A stretch of 64,000 nucleotides of DNA from assembly GCA_965224245.1 (NCBI GenBank), contig OZ245046.1, positions 1,216,001 through 1,280,000 of the forward strand, read 5' to 3'. Source of the stretch: Candidatus Eiseniibacteriota bacterium. GTDB taxonomy: Bacteria > Eisenbacteria > RBG-16-71-46 > CAZAMP01. Under the pieces are notes generated by a model. It saw only the letters and a program-made list of their open reading frames with translations. It was not told where the DNA came from and ran no database searches. How positions within the stretch are numbered: the stretch's first letter is position 1; each line of letters starts with the position of its first letter. Positions 48,867 to 58,073 of the stretch are shown here, one piece after another. Made by a program: the position numbers and the translations under genes.

Positions 48867-49594
48867 TGCGAGTGGCCATGATCAGCGACATCCACGGCAA
48901 CCTGGATGCACTCGAGGCGGTTCTGTCGGACGTCACGGCCGTGGGCTGTGACGAGATCCGATGCCTCGGCGACATCGTCGGGTACGGAGCCGACCCCGAG
49001 CTGTGCGTCCGTCGCGTGCGGGACGTCGCGATCGCGAACCTCCTGGGCAATCACGACGCCGTGGCCGTGGGCGTGCACAGTGACGAGGCGTTCAACGAGC
49101 TCGCCCGCGAGGCCATCCAGTGGACCCGCGCCGCGCTGAGCCCGGCGTCGACCGCGTATCTCCGTCAGTCGCCGATGTACCAGGTGGTCGACGACCTCTT
49201 CTTCACCCACGCCAGCCCACTCGACACCGGCGGGGGCTGGCCGTACGTGTTCCCCGGACAGGACGTCAGCGACATCTTCGCCGGCACCGAGGCCCGCGTC
49301 ATGTTCATCGGACACACGCACGTGCCCGGCGTGGCCAACGACCAGTTCGCGACGCTGAGCCATCTCCTCGAAGGCAAGCTCGAGCTGGATCCCGAGCGAC
49401 GGTACCTGATCAACGTGGGAAGCGTGGGGCAGCCCCGCGATCGCGATCCGCGCGCCGCGTGGGGGCTGCTGGACGTGGGTGCGGGTACGTACGAGCAGCG
49501 TCGCGTCGAGTACGACATCCCGGCCGCGCAGCGGAAGATTCGCGACGGCGGCCTTCCCGATCTCCTCGCCGAACGGTTGTCGCGGGGAGTCTGA
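48866..49594 (+). CDS. Metallophosphoesterase family protein
   Basis: SDIHGN, LGDIVGYG, GNHD, HASP, GHTH, NVGSVGQPRD. Confidence 0.93.
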   Translation: MRVAMISDIHGNLDALEAVLSDVTAVGCDEIRCLGDIVGYGADPELCVRRVRDVAIANLLGNHDAVAVGVHSDEAFNELAREAIQWTRAALSPASTAYLRQSPMYQVVDDLFFTHASPLDTGGGWPYVFPGQDVSDIFAGTEARVMFIGHTHVPGVANDQFATLSHLLEGKLELDPERRYLINVGSVGQPRDRDPRAAWGLLDVGAGTYEQRRVEYDIPAAQRKIRDGGLPDLLAERLSRGV

Positions 49595-49595
49595 C

Positions 49596-50363
49596 GTGGC
49601 CGAGTCGACGCGTGAGCACTGGGATCGCTTCTGGATCGAGCACGAGGCGATCGACGACGTCTACTCCAACGAGGATCGTCTTCTCCGGGAGCTCCTGAAG
49701 ATGTCGCCCGAAGGTCGTCGGGTGCTCGAGGTGGGCGCGGGGTCGGGTCGCGACAGCCTGGAGCTGGCGCGCCGGAGCGCGCGGGTCATCCTGCTCGACT
49801 ATTCCCGTCCGTCGCTCCGGACCGTGCGACGACTGGCCGATCGGCTCGGCGTGGACGTGATGGTGGTGTGCGGTGACGGCACGAACCTGCCGTTCGCCGA
49901 CGACAGCATCGACATCGTGTTCCATCAAGGGTTGCTGGAGCACTTCCGCGATCCGATGTCGCTCCTCTCGGAGAACGCGCGCGTCGTGGCCCGCCGGGGA
50001 TACCTCCTCGTGGACGTCCCCCAGACCTTTCACGCGTATACCGTGCTCAAGAAGATCCTGATCGCGGTGGACCGGTGGTTCGCGGGGTGGGAGACCCAGT
50101 TCACGGTGGGTCAGCTCGAGGCGCTCACGCGGCGAGCGGGGCTCGACGTGGCCTGGTCATACGGGGACTGGATGGTACCCGGGCTCGGCTATCGGGGTGT
50201 GCGAGCGGTCCTGCGCAAGGTCGGATGGGTGCTTCCGAAGTACCCCAGGGGGATCTGGCCGTTCGATCGGCTGGCTGCGGCCGTCCGGGAGCGGTTGCGC
50301 GACACGCGCGTCGCGTTCTACACCTACGCCATGATCGGAACCGTGGGTCGGAAACGTGGCTGA
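49596..50363 (+). CDS. Class I SAM-dependent methyltransferase
   Basis: VLEVGAGSG, LLDYS, GDGTNLPFADDSID, QGLLEHF. Confidence 0.9.
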   Translation: MAESTREHWDRFWIEHEAIDDVYSNEDRLLRELLKMSPEGRRVLEVGAGSGRDSLELARRSARVILLDYSRPSLRTVRRLADRLGVDVMVVCGDGTNLPFADDSIDIVFHQGLLEHFRDPMSLLSENARVVARRGYLLVDVPQTFHAYTVLKKILIAVDRWFAGWETQFTVGQLEALTRRAGLDVAWSYGDWMVPGLGYRGVRAVLRKVGWVLPKYPRGIWPFDRLAAAVRERLRDTRVAFYTYAMIGTVGRKRG

Positions 50364-51504
50364 CGACGCGCCCCGCTCGATCGTCGTCATGAGCTACCGC
50401 GACATGAAGCACCCGGAAGCGGGCGGCGCCGAGGTCATCATGTACGAGGTGTTCCGCCGGCTCCGATCACGTGGCCACCGGATCCTCTTCATCACCGGGG
50501 GCTTCCGGGGCGGCGCGGCCCGCGAGGACGTCGGCGGGCTGGAGACGCATCGCGTCGGGAACACGTACACGTTCAACATCGCCGGTCCCCGACATCTTCG
50601 CCGGCTGGCGGCCGCCGAGTCGTTCGACGTGGTGGTCGAGGACATCAACAAGATCCCGTTCTTCACGCCGCGCTGGGTACCCTCCCTGCCAACCGTGGGC
50701 GTGGTGCCACACCTGTTCGGCACCACGGTCTACGAGCAGGCGTCGTGGCCCATCGCCACCTACGTGTACCTGCACGAGAAGCTGATCCCCTCCGTCTACC
50801 GTGAGTGCCGGTTCTCCGTCCTGTCGGGAACGACGCGCGACGATCTGATCGCACGCGGCATCCCTCCCGAGCGCATCCACGTCATCCACGCCGGGATCGA
50901 CCTCGACGCGTATCCGCTTCGATCGGCCACCTTCGAGCCGCCGGGGCCGGTGATCACGTATCTCGGCCGGGTCAAGCGCTACAAGGGCATCGACCTTCCG
51001 ATGCGCGCGCTGCCCGCGCTCCGGCGGCGCATCGCAGACGTCCGGTACCGGATCGTTGGCGAGGGCGATCATCTGTCCGAGCTGGAGCGGCTGGCCGGTG
51101 AGCTCGGGGTCCGGGACGCGGTCGATCTCGTCGGCTTCAAGGAGGGAGCCGACAAGATCGACGAGCTCGCGCGCACGCGCGTCCTCACCTACACGTCACC
51201 GAAGGAAGGGTGGGGGCTGAGCGTGATCGAGGCCGGCGCGGTCGGCGTGCCGTCGATCGCCTCGGATTCCCCGGGATTGCGGGAGTCGGTGCGCCACCGG
51301 GAGACGGGCCTTCTCGTGCCGCACGGCGACGTTGCAGCACTGACCGAAGCCCTCGAACACCTCCTGACCGACGACGACACCTGGCGCCGCATGGCCCGCG
51401 CGGCCCGTGGCTGGGCCGAGACGTTCTCCTGGGATCGGATGGCCGATCAGACGCTCGAGCTGATCGACCGCGTCGTCGACGAGCGCCGCGTGGCGGCGAG
51501 GTAA
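50356..51504 (+). CDS. Glycosyltransferase family 4
   Basis: HPEAGGAE, YLGRVKRYKG, KEGWGLSVIEA, GLRESV. Confidence 0.92.
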   Translation: MADDAPRSIVVMSYRDMKHPEAGGAEVIMYEVFRRLRSRGHRILFITGGFRGGAAREDVGGLETHRVGNTYTFNIAGPRHLRRLAAAESFDVVVEDINKIPFFTPRWVPSLPTVGVVPHLFGTTVYEQASWPIATYVYLHEKLIPSVYRECRFSVLSGTTRDDLIARGIPPERIHVIHAGIDLDAYPLRSATFEPPGPVITYLGRVKRYKGIDLPMRALPALRRRIADVRYRIVGEGDHLSELERLAGELGVRDAVDLVGFKEGADKIDELARTRVLTYTSPKEGWGLSVIEAGAVGVPSIASDSPGLRESVRHRETGLLVPHGDVAALTEALEHLLTDDDTWRRMARAARGWAETFSWDRMADQTLELIDRVVDERRVAAR

Positions 51505-51508
51505 CGCG

Positions 51509-52585
51509 ATGCAGGTCGGGGAACCCGAGAGCGCCGGTGCTCCCGCTTCGGGGTCGCGGTCGGTGCGATCGGGAGTCACGCTCGCGGCGAAGATCCTGGT
51601 CAGCGTCGCGCTGCTCGCGTTTCTGGCCACCCGGGTGGATCTCGCGGCGACCGGCCGCGCGATCGTGCGGTCCCACGTCCCGACGCTCGGGATCGCGCTC
51701 GCCCTCTTCGTGGGGTCCAACGTGCTCGGGGCCGTGCAATGGGCGACGCTGCTTCGTGCCTCGGGGCTGTCGATCTCGCTGACGCGGGTGACGGCGTACT
51801 ACTTCCAGGGCTCGTTCTTCGGGCTGTTCCTGCCCGCCAGCGTCGGCGCCGACGTGAGCCGCGTCTACGACACGACGCGCCACACCGGGCGGCTCGGCGG
51901 CGCGGTGGCGGCGACCGTGATGGACCGGCTGGTCGGGTTCTACTCGATCAGCATGTTCGCGATCGTCGCCGTCGTGCTGGGCGGACGCGAGCAGCGACCA
52001 CCGCTCGCGATCCTCGTGCCGATCGTCGTCTTCGCGGGCGTGAACCTCGTGGTGTGCCTCTCGCTTTTCTCGACCCGGGTCAGCGCGTTTCTGGTCCGCT
52101 GGGCGGGACGTCTTCCGGATCGTCCGCGGACGGTCGCCACCGGCCTCGTCGAGGCGCTTCACGGGCTGGGACGGCGCCCCGGGCTCCTCCTCGGGGTGAT
52201 CGGACTGTCGATCCTGGTGCAGGTTCTGCGCGTCACCGTTCACTACCACGTGGCGGCGGCGATGGGGATCTCGTTGCCGCTGCGCGAGTTTTTCGTGATC
52301 ATCCCCGTCCTGGCCGTTCTCGTGGCGCTTCCGATCTCGTTCGGCGGGATCGGCGTCCGGGAGTCGGCAGCCGTACAGCTCTTCGGACACGTCGGGCTGC
52401 CCGCGACGGACGCGGTGGCGATGCAGGTCACGGCGTTCGCGCTGTCGATTCTCGCGAGTCTCCCCGGATGGTTCGTCTTCGTGGCCAGGCAGGTTCGTTA
52501 CCGACGCATCGGCGGCCGCGGAGCCCGGGCGGCCGGGATCCGGGCGACCGACGGATCGGTCACCGAGCCGGGGGAGATGGGATGA
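51509..52585 (+). CDS. Lysylphosphatidylglycerol-synthase-TM / flippase-like membrane protein (UPF0104)
   Basis: FLPASVGAD, DRLVG, LPISFGGIGVRE motifs; about 8 TM segments. Confidence 0.88.
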   Translation: MQVGEPESAGAPASGSRSVRSGVTLAAKILVSVALLAFLATRVDLAATGRAIVRSHVPTLGIALALFVGSNVLGAVQWATLLRASGLSISLTRVTAYYFQGSFFGLFLPASVGADVSRVYDTTRHTGRLGGAVAATVMDRLVGFYSISMFAIVAVVLGGREQRPPLAILVPIVVFAGVNLVVCLSLFSTRVSAFLVRWAGRLPDRPRTVATGLVEALHGLGRRPGLLLGVIGLSILVQVLRVTVHYHVAAAMGISLPLREFFVIIPVLAVLVALPISFGGIGVRESAAVQLFGHVGLPATDAVAMQVTAFALSILASLPGWFVFVARQVRYRRIGGRGARAAGIRATDGSVTEPGEMG

Positions 52586-55311
52586 GGATCGAAGCCTCCG
52601 AGACGCCCGAGCCCGAGCGCACCCGCATACGCTGGGAAGAGCCGCTGGACGTGGCGCTCGCGATCGTGACCGCGCTGGCGGCGCTCGTCGTGTACGTGCT
52701 CACGCTGACGCCCACCGTGCCGTTCTGGGACGGTGGGGAGTTCATCGCGACGTCGTACATCCTCGGGATTCCGCACCCGCCGGGTACGCCGCTCTACGTG
52801 CTCCTCGGACGCTGCTTGAGCCTTCTCCCCCTGGGTGGCTTGAACGTCGCGCAGAAGGTGAACCTGCTCAGCGCGATTCCGTCGGCGATCGCGGTGGGCC
52901 TCACGTACCTCGTGACCGCGCGGATCGCCGCGAACGCCGGTCCCCCGTTCGGTCGCGACCGGACGTGGCCGCGCCGACCGGACCTGATCGGTCGAGTCGG
53001 CGCGTTCATCGGGGCGCTGGTCATGGCGTTCTCGGACACGTTCTGGGTCAACGCGATCGAGGCCGAGGTGTACGCGCTCTCATCGATGGTGATGGTGGCC
53101 ACGGTGTATCTGATCCTGAAGTGGCGTGACCTCCGCCACCAGGGTGGTGAGGACGCCGCGCACGCGAACGACGTCGTGGTCGTGGTGTTCTACATGCTCG
53201 CGCTCTCGATCGCGTTCCACATGGGCGTGTTCATCGTGTTCCTGCCCCTCGTCCTGTATTTCCTGTCGGACTACTACGACTCCTTGAAGGAGCCTCGCTT
53301 CGTCGCCACGGCGATCACGCTGGTCGTGATGTCGTTCTTTCTCGGGTTCGACAGCGAGCGTCTGGTTCTGGGGGCCGCGTTCATCGGTGCACTGCTCGTC
53401 CTGAACGTGCACCTGATCGGACGGGCGAACCTCGCGACCCTGGGGGTGTCCGTCGGAGCTCTGGTGCTGGGAGTCCTGATCGCACGGTCGGGGGGCGGGG
53501 CGTTCGGGCTGGGCGTGGTGGCGGTGCTCGTGGCCGCCGTGCTCGGCGTCGCCCGGGGCACGCTGGTCCGCCGGAATCTGATGTTCTGGATCCTGGCCAT
53601 GTTCGTGCTCGGGCTCAGCGTTCACCTGTTCCTGTTGATCCGGGCGGGTCTGGATCCGGCCATCAACGAGGGTGATCCCTCCACGCTGAAGAACTTCTGG
53701 CTCGTGCTGAGCCGCGACCAGTACAAGCCGGCGCCACCGTGGGAGCTCCGGGCCACCTGGGCCAACAAGCTCGATACGCACTTCTGGCGGTACTGGAGCC
53801 GCCAGTACGTGACCGGGGTCCCGATCCTGTGGGCGTTGCCGTTCGTGGTGGGTGCGCTGGGCGGGGCGGTCAATCTCCTGCGGGCCCGCCGAAGCGGACT
53901 CCTGATGGCGTTCATCATCCTGGTCACGTCGCTCGGGCTCGTGTGGCACCTGAACTTCCAGGACCAAGAGGTGCGCGACCGCGACTACTTCTTCGTGTCC
54001 CTGTTCCACTTCTTCGCGGTGTGGATCGGGCTGGGCATGGCGGGCCTGTTGTACCTGGTCGGCGAAGCGGTGCCCGGTCGGCGGGCGCGTGCGGCGGCGA
54101 TGGGGGCCGTCGCGCTCGCGCTGGTGGGCCATCCGATCGCGCAGCTCGAGGCCGGCTGGTTCGAGCACGACCGCAGCCGGTTCTACGTCGCCCGCGACTA
54201 CGCGTACAACATCCTGGAGCCGCTGGAGCGGGACGCCATTCTGTTCACGAACGGGGACAACGACACGTTTCCGCTCTGGTACCTGCAGGAGGTCGAGGGC
54301 ATCCGGCGAGACGTACGGGTGGCCAACCTGAGTCTCCTCAGCACGTCCTGGTACATCGAGCAGCTCCGCGACACCGAGCCCCGCGTTCCGATCGCCTGGG
54401 ACGACGCCACCATCGAGTCGCTCTACCCGTACATCGATCCCGATGGCCAGCTCGTCTCGGTCCGGGATCTGGCCGTGGTGCACATCCTCTCCCAGAACCG
54501 CTGGCGGCGACCGGTGTACTTCGCGGTGACGGTCCCGAACGACGGGCTCCTGGGCCTGGACACGCGGAGCCAGCTCGTGATGGAGGGCATGGTCTGGCGC
54601 GTGGTGCCCGAGCCCGTCGCGCTGGACGTGGACGAGGAGCGGCTCCGGAACAACCTGGAGAACGTCTTTCTCTGGCGCGGGCTCCTGGACGAGCACGGCG
54701 ATCTCGACAAAAGCATCTATCGTGACGAAAACACGATGAAGCTCTCGCAGAACTACGCGGTGGCGTACATGCAGCTCGGCCGAGCGGTCGAGGCGCGGGC
54801 CCGGAAGGCTCTAACAGATGGTGATGAAGCGACTTACGACGATCTGACGCGTGAGGAGATCGATCTCCTGGAGCGCGCGGCGGTGTTCCAGCCGGGCTTC
54901 TCGTACGCCGCGGTGCTCCGGGCGTCGCTCCTGCGGACCATCGGGGATCTGCCCGCCGCCGAGGCGGCGTTCACCGAGATCCTGGCCGGCCTGCAGGATC
55001 CCGAGGACCCCTCCGATCGGCGTTTTCTGCCGGAGCTCCACTATCACCGCGGTGAGGTCCGGTACGATCTGGGCCGCTACGCGGACGCACTCGTGGACTA
55101 CGACGTGTTCGCCAGGGCGAACCCGGGCGACTGGGTCGCCTCGGAGGCCGAGATACGCACGCTCGCCGTCATGGGGCGGATGGGGGCGGCCCGCGAGCGC
55201 CTCGAGAGCTGGCTCGCCGGGCACCCCAACCACCAGCTGGCGAGGGACATGCAGGCCCTGCTGGAAGAGGGTGCGTATCGGGCCGACTCGTCGAGCGCAC
55301 CGGAGGAGTAA
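52582..55311 (+). CDS. DUF2723 / TMEM260-like GT-C membrane glycosyltransferase with TPR-like tail (paralogue 2)
   Basis: FWDGGEFI, IPHPPGTPLY, AIEAEVYALSS, EVRDRDYFF, FTNGDNDTFPLWYLQEVEGIR; ATGA overlap with upstream gene. Confidence 0.9.
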   Translation: MRIEASETPEPERTRIRWEEPLDVALAIVTALAALVVYVLTLTPTVPFWDGGEFIATSYILGIPHPPGTPLYVLLGRCLSLLPLGGLNVAQKVNLLSAIPSAIAVGLTYLVTARIAANAGPPFGRDRTWPRRPDLIGRVGAFIGALVMAFSDTFWVNAIEAEVYALSSMVMVATVYLILKWRDLRHQGGEDAAHANDVVVVVFYMLALSIAFHMGVFIVFLPLVLYFLSDYYDSLKEPRFVATAITLVVMSFFLGFDSERLVLGAAFIGALLVLNVHLIGRANLATLGVSVGALVLGVLIARSGGGAFGLGVVAVLVAAVLGVARGTLVRRNLMFWILAMFVLGLSVHLFLLIRAGLDPAINEGDPSTLKNFWLVLSRDQYKPAPPWELRATWANKLDTHFWRYWSRQYVTGVPILWALPFVVGALGGAVNLLRARRSGLLMAFIILVTSLGLVWHLNFQDQEVRDRDYFFVSLFHFFAVWIGLGMAGLLYLVGEAVPGRRARAAAMGAVALALVGHPIAQLEAGWFEHDRSRFYVARDYAYNILEPLERDAILFTNGDNDTFPLWYLQEVEGIRRDVRVANLSLLSTSWYIEQLRDTEPRVPIAWDDATIESLYPYIDPDGQLVSVRDLAVVHILSQNRWRRPVYFAVTVPNDGLLGLDTRSQLVMEGMVWRVVPEPVALDVDEERLRNNLENVFLWRGLLDEHGDLDKSIYRDENTMKLSQNYAVAYMQLGRAVEARARKALTDGDEATYDDLTREEIDLLERAAVFQPGFSYAAVLRASLLRTIGDLPAAEAAFTEILAGLQDPEDPSDRRFLPELHYHRGEVRYDLGRYADALVDYDVFARANPGDWVASEAEIRTLAVMGRMGAARERLESWLAGHPNHQLARDMQALLEEGAYRADSSSAPEE

Positions 55312-55317
55312 CCGATC

Positions 55318-56352
55318 GTGGGCAACGTGACGAACCGATCGCCGCACGGCGACGCGCCGCACGACGACGCGCCGCACGAGCGGATACCGCGTGGACGGGG
55401 CCGGGCGCTCGTGACGGGCGCGGCCGGCTTCATCGGCTCGCATCTGTGTGACGCGCTCCTCGAGGACGGATGGACCGTCAGGGGCGTGGATTCGCTCTCG
55501 CCGTTCAACGGCGCCGATCGCAAGCGATGGAACATGGCGCTGCTCGGGCGCCACGAGCGCTTCGAGGGCATCGAGGCCGATCTCCTCCACGTGCCGCTGG
55601 AGCCGCTGGTCGACGGAATGGACGCCGTGTTTCACCTGGCGGCACTCCCGGGGGTCCGCTCGTCGTGGGGAGACGCGTTCCGCGAGTACTCCGCGACGAA
55701 CGTCGAGCTGACCGCACGGCTGCTCGAGACGTGCCGCACGCTCGAGACGCCGCGGTTCGTGTACGCGTCGTCGTCGTCGGTCTACGGGGATGCGGAGTCG
55801 TTTCCGGTCTCCGAGGACGCGCCGACGCGACCGATCTCGCCGTACGGGGTCACGAAGCTGGCCGGCGAGCACCTCGTGCGGCTCTACGCGCGGAACTTCG
55901 GACTCTTCACCGCGTCTCTGCGGTTCTTCACCGTGTACGGACCGCGGCAACGGCCGGACATGGCGTTCTATCGCTTCATCCGGAGCTCCCTGACCGGGGG
56001 CGTCTCGCACGTGTTCGGCGACGGCCTGCAGACGCGGGACTTCACGTACGTGTCCGATGCGGTCCAGTCCTGCGTTCGCGCGCTGGAGGCGCCCCGGGCC
56101 GGCGCCGTGTACAACGTCGGCGGCGGCAGCCGCGTCACGCTGCGTGAGGTACTCGAGATCATCGGCCGGGAGACCGGTCGAGAGGGTCGATTCGAGTTCG
56201 GGCCCACCGAGGCCGGCGATCCGAAGCACACGGGCGCGGATACCTCGCGCGCGCGGCGCGAGATCGGCTACGATCCCCGCGTTTCGCTTGCGGACGGCCT
56301 CGCCTCTCAGGTGGCCTGGATGAAGGACGAGCTCGCCAAGGAGCACGTGTGA
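55318..56352 (+). CDS. NAD-dependent nucleotide-sugar epimerase/dehydratase (UDP-glucuronate 4-epimerase-like)
   Basis: TGAAGFIG, HLAALPGVR, ASSSSVYG, YGVTK, RFFTVYGPRQRPDMA, RDFTYV. Confidence 0.92.
   Translation: MGNVTNRSPHGDAPHDDAPHERIPRGRGRALVTGAAGFIGSHLCDALLEDGWTVRGVDSLSPFNGADRKRWNMALLGRHERFEGIEADLLHVPLEPLVDGMDAVFHLAALPGVRSSWGDAFREYSATNVELTARLLETCRTLETPRFVYASSSSVYGDAESFPVSEDAPTRPISPYGVTKLAGEHLVRLYARNFGLFTASLRFFTVYGPRQRPDMAFYRFIRSSLTGGVSHVFGDGLQTRDFTYVSDAVQSCVRALEAPRAGAVYNVGGGSRVTLREVLEIIGRETGREGRFEFGPTEAGDPKHTGADTSRARREIGYDPRVSLADGLASQVAWMKDELAKEHV
55341..55379. repeat. 15-bp tandem repeat at the epimerase N-terminus
   Basis: GCCGCACGGCGACGC GCCGCACGACGACGC GCCGCACGA (PHGDA PHDDA PHE). 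Confidence 0.7.
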
Positions 56353-57314
56353 TCGATCAGGAGCGGGGACAGGACACGCTCGCGCCCCCGGTGGGCAAAT
56401 GCGACGTGTCGGTCGTCGTACCCTTGTTCGACGAAGCCGAGTCGTTGGAGCCGCTGTTCGCCGCCATCCGGGCGGCGCTCGAGCCGCGCGCGTTCGAGGT
56501 CGTCTTCGTCGACGACGGCAGCCGCGACCGGTCGCTGGCGACGCTCGAAGCGCTGGCGGAGACGGATCCGCGCGTGCGCGTGGTCAGCTTCCGGCGAAAC
56601 TACGGGAAGTCGGCCGCCCTGGCCGTCGGCTTCGACCGGGCGCGCGGTGACGTGATCGCGACCTGCGACGCCGACCTCCAGGACGACCCCGCCGAGATCC
56701 CCGCCATGATCGATCTGCTCGACGAGCGCACCGATCTCGTCTCGGGCTGGAAGAAGGACCGCCGCGATCCCTGGACCAAGCGACTGCCCTCGAAGGTCTT
56801 CAACCTCGTGCTGCGCCGGTGGGGCGGCGTGGATCTGCACGACATGAACTGCGGTCTGAAGGTGTACCGGCGCGCGGTCGTGCGCGACCTTCCGGTGTAC
56901 GGGGAGATGCACCGGTTCCTGCCGCTGCTGGCGGCTCGACAGGGCTTCGGCGTGCGAGAGAAGGTGGTCCGCCACGAGCCGCGCCGCTTCGGCGAGAGCA
57001 AGTTCGGCCCGTCGCGCTTCCTGAACGGCGCCCTCGACTTCGTCAGCGTGATGTTCCTGACGCGCGCCTACGAGAAGCCGCTTCACGTCTTCGGCCGGGT
57101 CGCGATCGTGCTCCTGACGATCGGAATGCTGATCAACGTCTGGATGTTCGCGATCTGGCTCATCGACGGCGCGCTTCGGTCGCGTCCGCTCCTGATTCTG
57201 GGGATGGTGCTCGTCGTGCTCGGCATCCAGTTCGTGTCCATCGGGCTCCTGGGAGAGATGCTGGCGTTTCAGCACCGACATCGCGACTACGGAATCAAGC
57301 GGGAGATCCGCTGA
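56349..57314 (+). CDS. Glycosyltransferase family 2 (GtrB/ArnC-like polyprenyl-phosphate glycosyltransferase)
   Basis: VDDGSRD, RNYGKSAAL, DADLQDDP, HDMNCGLK, GEMHRFLP; two C-terminal TMs. Confidence 0.9.
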   Translation: MIDQERGQDTLAPPVGKCDVSVVVPLFDEAESLEPLFAAIRAALEPRAFEVVFVDDGSRDRSLATLEALAETDPRVRVVSFRRNYGKSAALAVGFDRARGDVIATCDADLQDDPAEIPAMIDLLDERTDLVSGWKKDRRDPWTKRLPSKVFNLVLRRWGGVDLHDMNCGLKVYRRAVVRDLPVYGEMHRFLPLLAARQGFGVREKVVRHEPRRFGESKFGPSRFLNGALDFVSVMFLTRAYEKPLHVFGRVAIVLLTIGMLINVWMFAIWLIDGALRSRPLLILGMVLVVLGIQFVSIGLLGEMLAFQHRHRDYGIKREIR

Positions 57315-58073
57315 GTGACCACGCCCCCGCCGGGCACCCGGGCGCGCCGCCGCGCCCTGGTCATCGTGCCGACGTACAACGAGGCGGACAACGTGGGAGA
57401 GCTTCTACCCGCGATCCTGGCTCAGGCCCAGACGGACGTGGACGTCCACGCGTTGATCGTCGACGACTCCTCGCCCGACGGCACCGCGGACCTCGTCGAG
57501 CGTCAGGCGGCCGGCGACGATCGCATCCGGCTCCTCACGCGGCCCGCGAAGCTCGGGCTAGGCACGGCGTACATCGCCGGCTTTCGCTATGCGCTCGAGC
57601 ACGACTACGACTTCGTCTTCGAGATGGACGCCGACTTCTCGCACGATCCGTCGGCGATCCCGGCGTTCCTGACCGCGATTCAGAACGCCGACGTCGTACT
57701 GGGATCGCGATACCTCACCGGCGTCACGGTTGTGAACTGGCCGCTGCGACGACTCGTCCTGAGCTACGGAGCCAATGCGTACACGCGGCTGATCACCGGG
57801 ATGCCGATCAACGACGCCACCGGCGGCTTCAAGTGCTTCCGCCGTGAGGCCCTGGCCGCGCTCGATCTGGACGCGATCCGCTCGAACGGATACTCCTTCC
57901 AGATCGAGGTGAGCTTCCTGCTGTGGAAGAAGGGCTTTCGAATCGTCGAGATTCCGATCGTCTTCGAGGACCGGCGCGTCGGCGTCTCGAAGATGAACCG
58001 GCGGATCATCTGGGAGGCGGTGTGGACGGTCTGGAGGCTTCGCCTGGCCGGCTTCTCGGGGGCGAGCCGATGA
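57315..58073 (+). CDS. Polyprenol monophosphomannose synthase (DPM1/Ppm1-like)
   Basis: PTYNEADN, VDDSSPDGT, KLGLGTAY, EMDADFSHDP, GSRY, DATGGFKCFR, SNGYSFQIE, SKM. Confidence 0.9.
   Translation: MTTPPPGTRARRRALVIVPTYNEADNVGELLPAILAQAQTDVDVHALIVDDSSPDGTADLVERQAAGDDRIRLLTRPAKLGLGTAYIAGFRYALEHDYDFVFEMDADFSHDPSAIPAFLTAIQNADVVLGSRYLTGVTVVNWPLRRLVLSYGANAYTRLITGMPINDATGGFKCFRREALAALDLDAIRSNGYSFQIEVSFLLWKKGFRIVEIPIVFEDRRVGVSKMNRRIIWEAVWTVWRLRLAGFSGASR

Noticed and set aside
51739-52581. 1190-aa version of DUF2723 paralogue 2
   Set aside because: The extension overlaps the flippase-like gene out of frame; the paralogue comparison and ATGA coupling support ATG 52582
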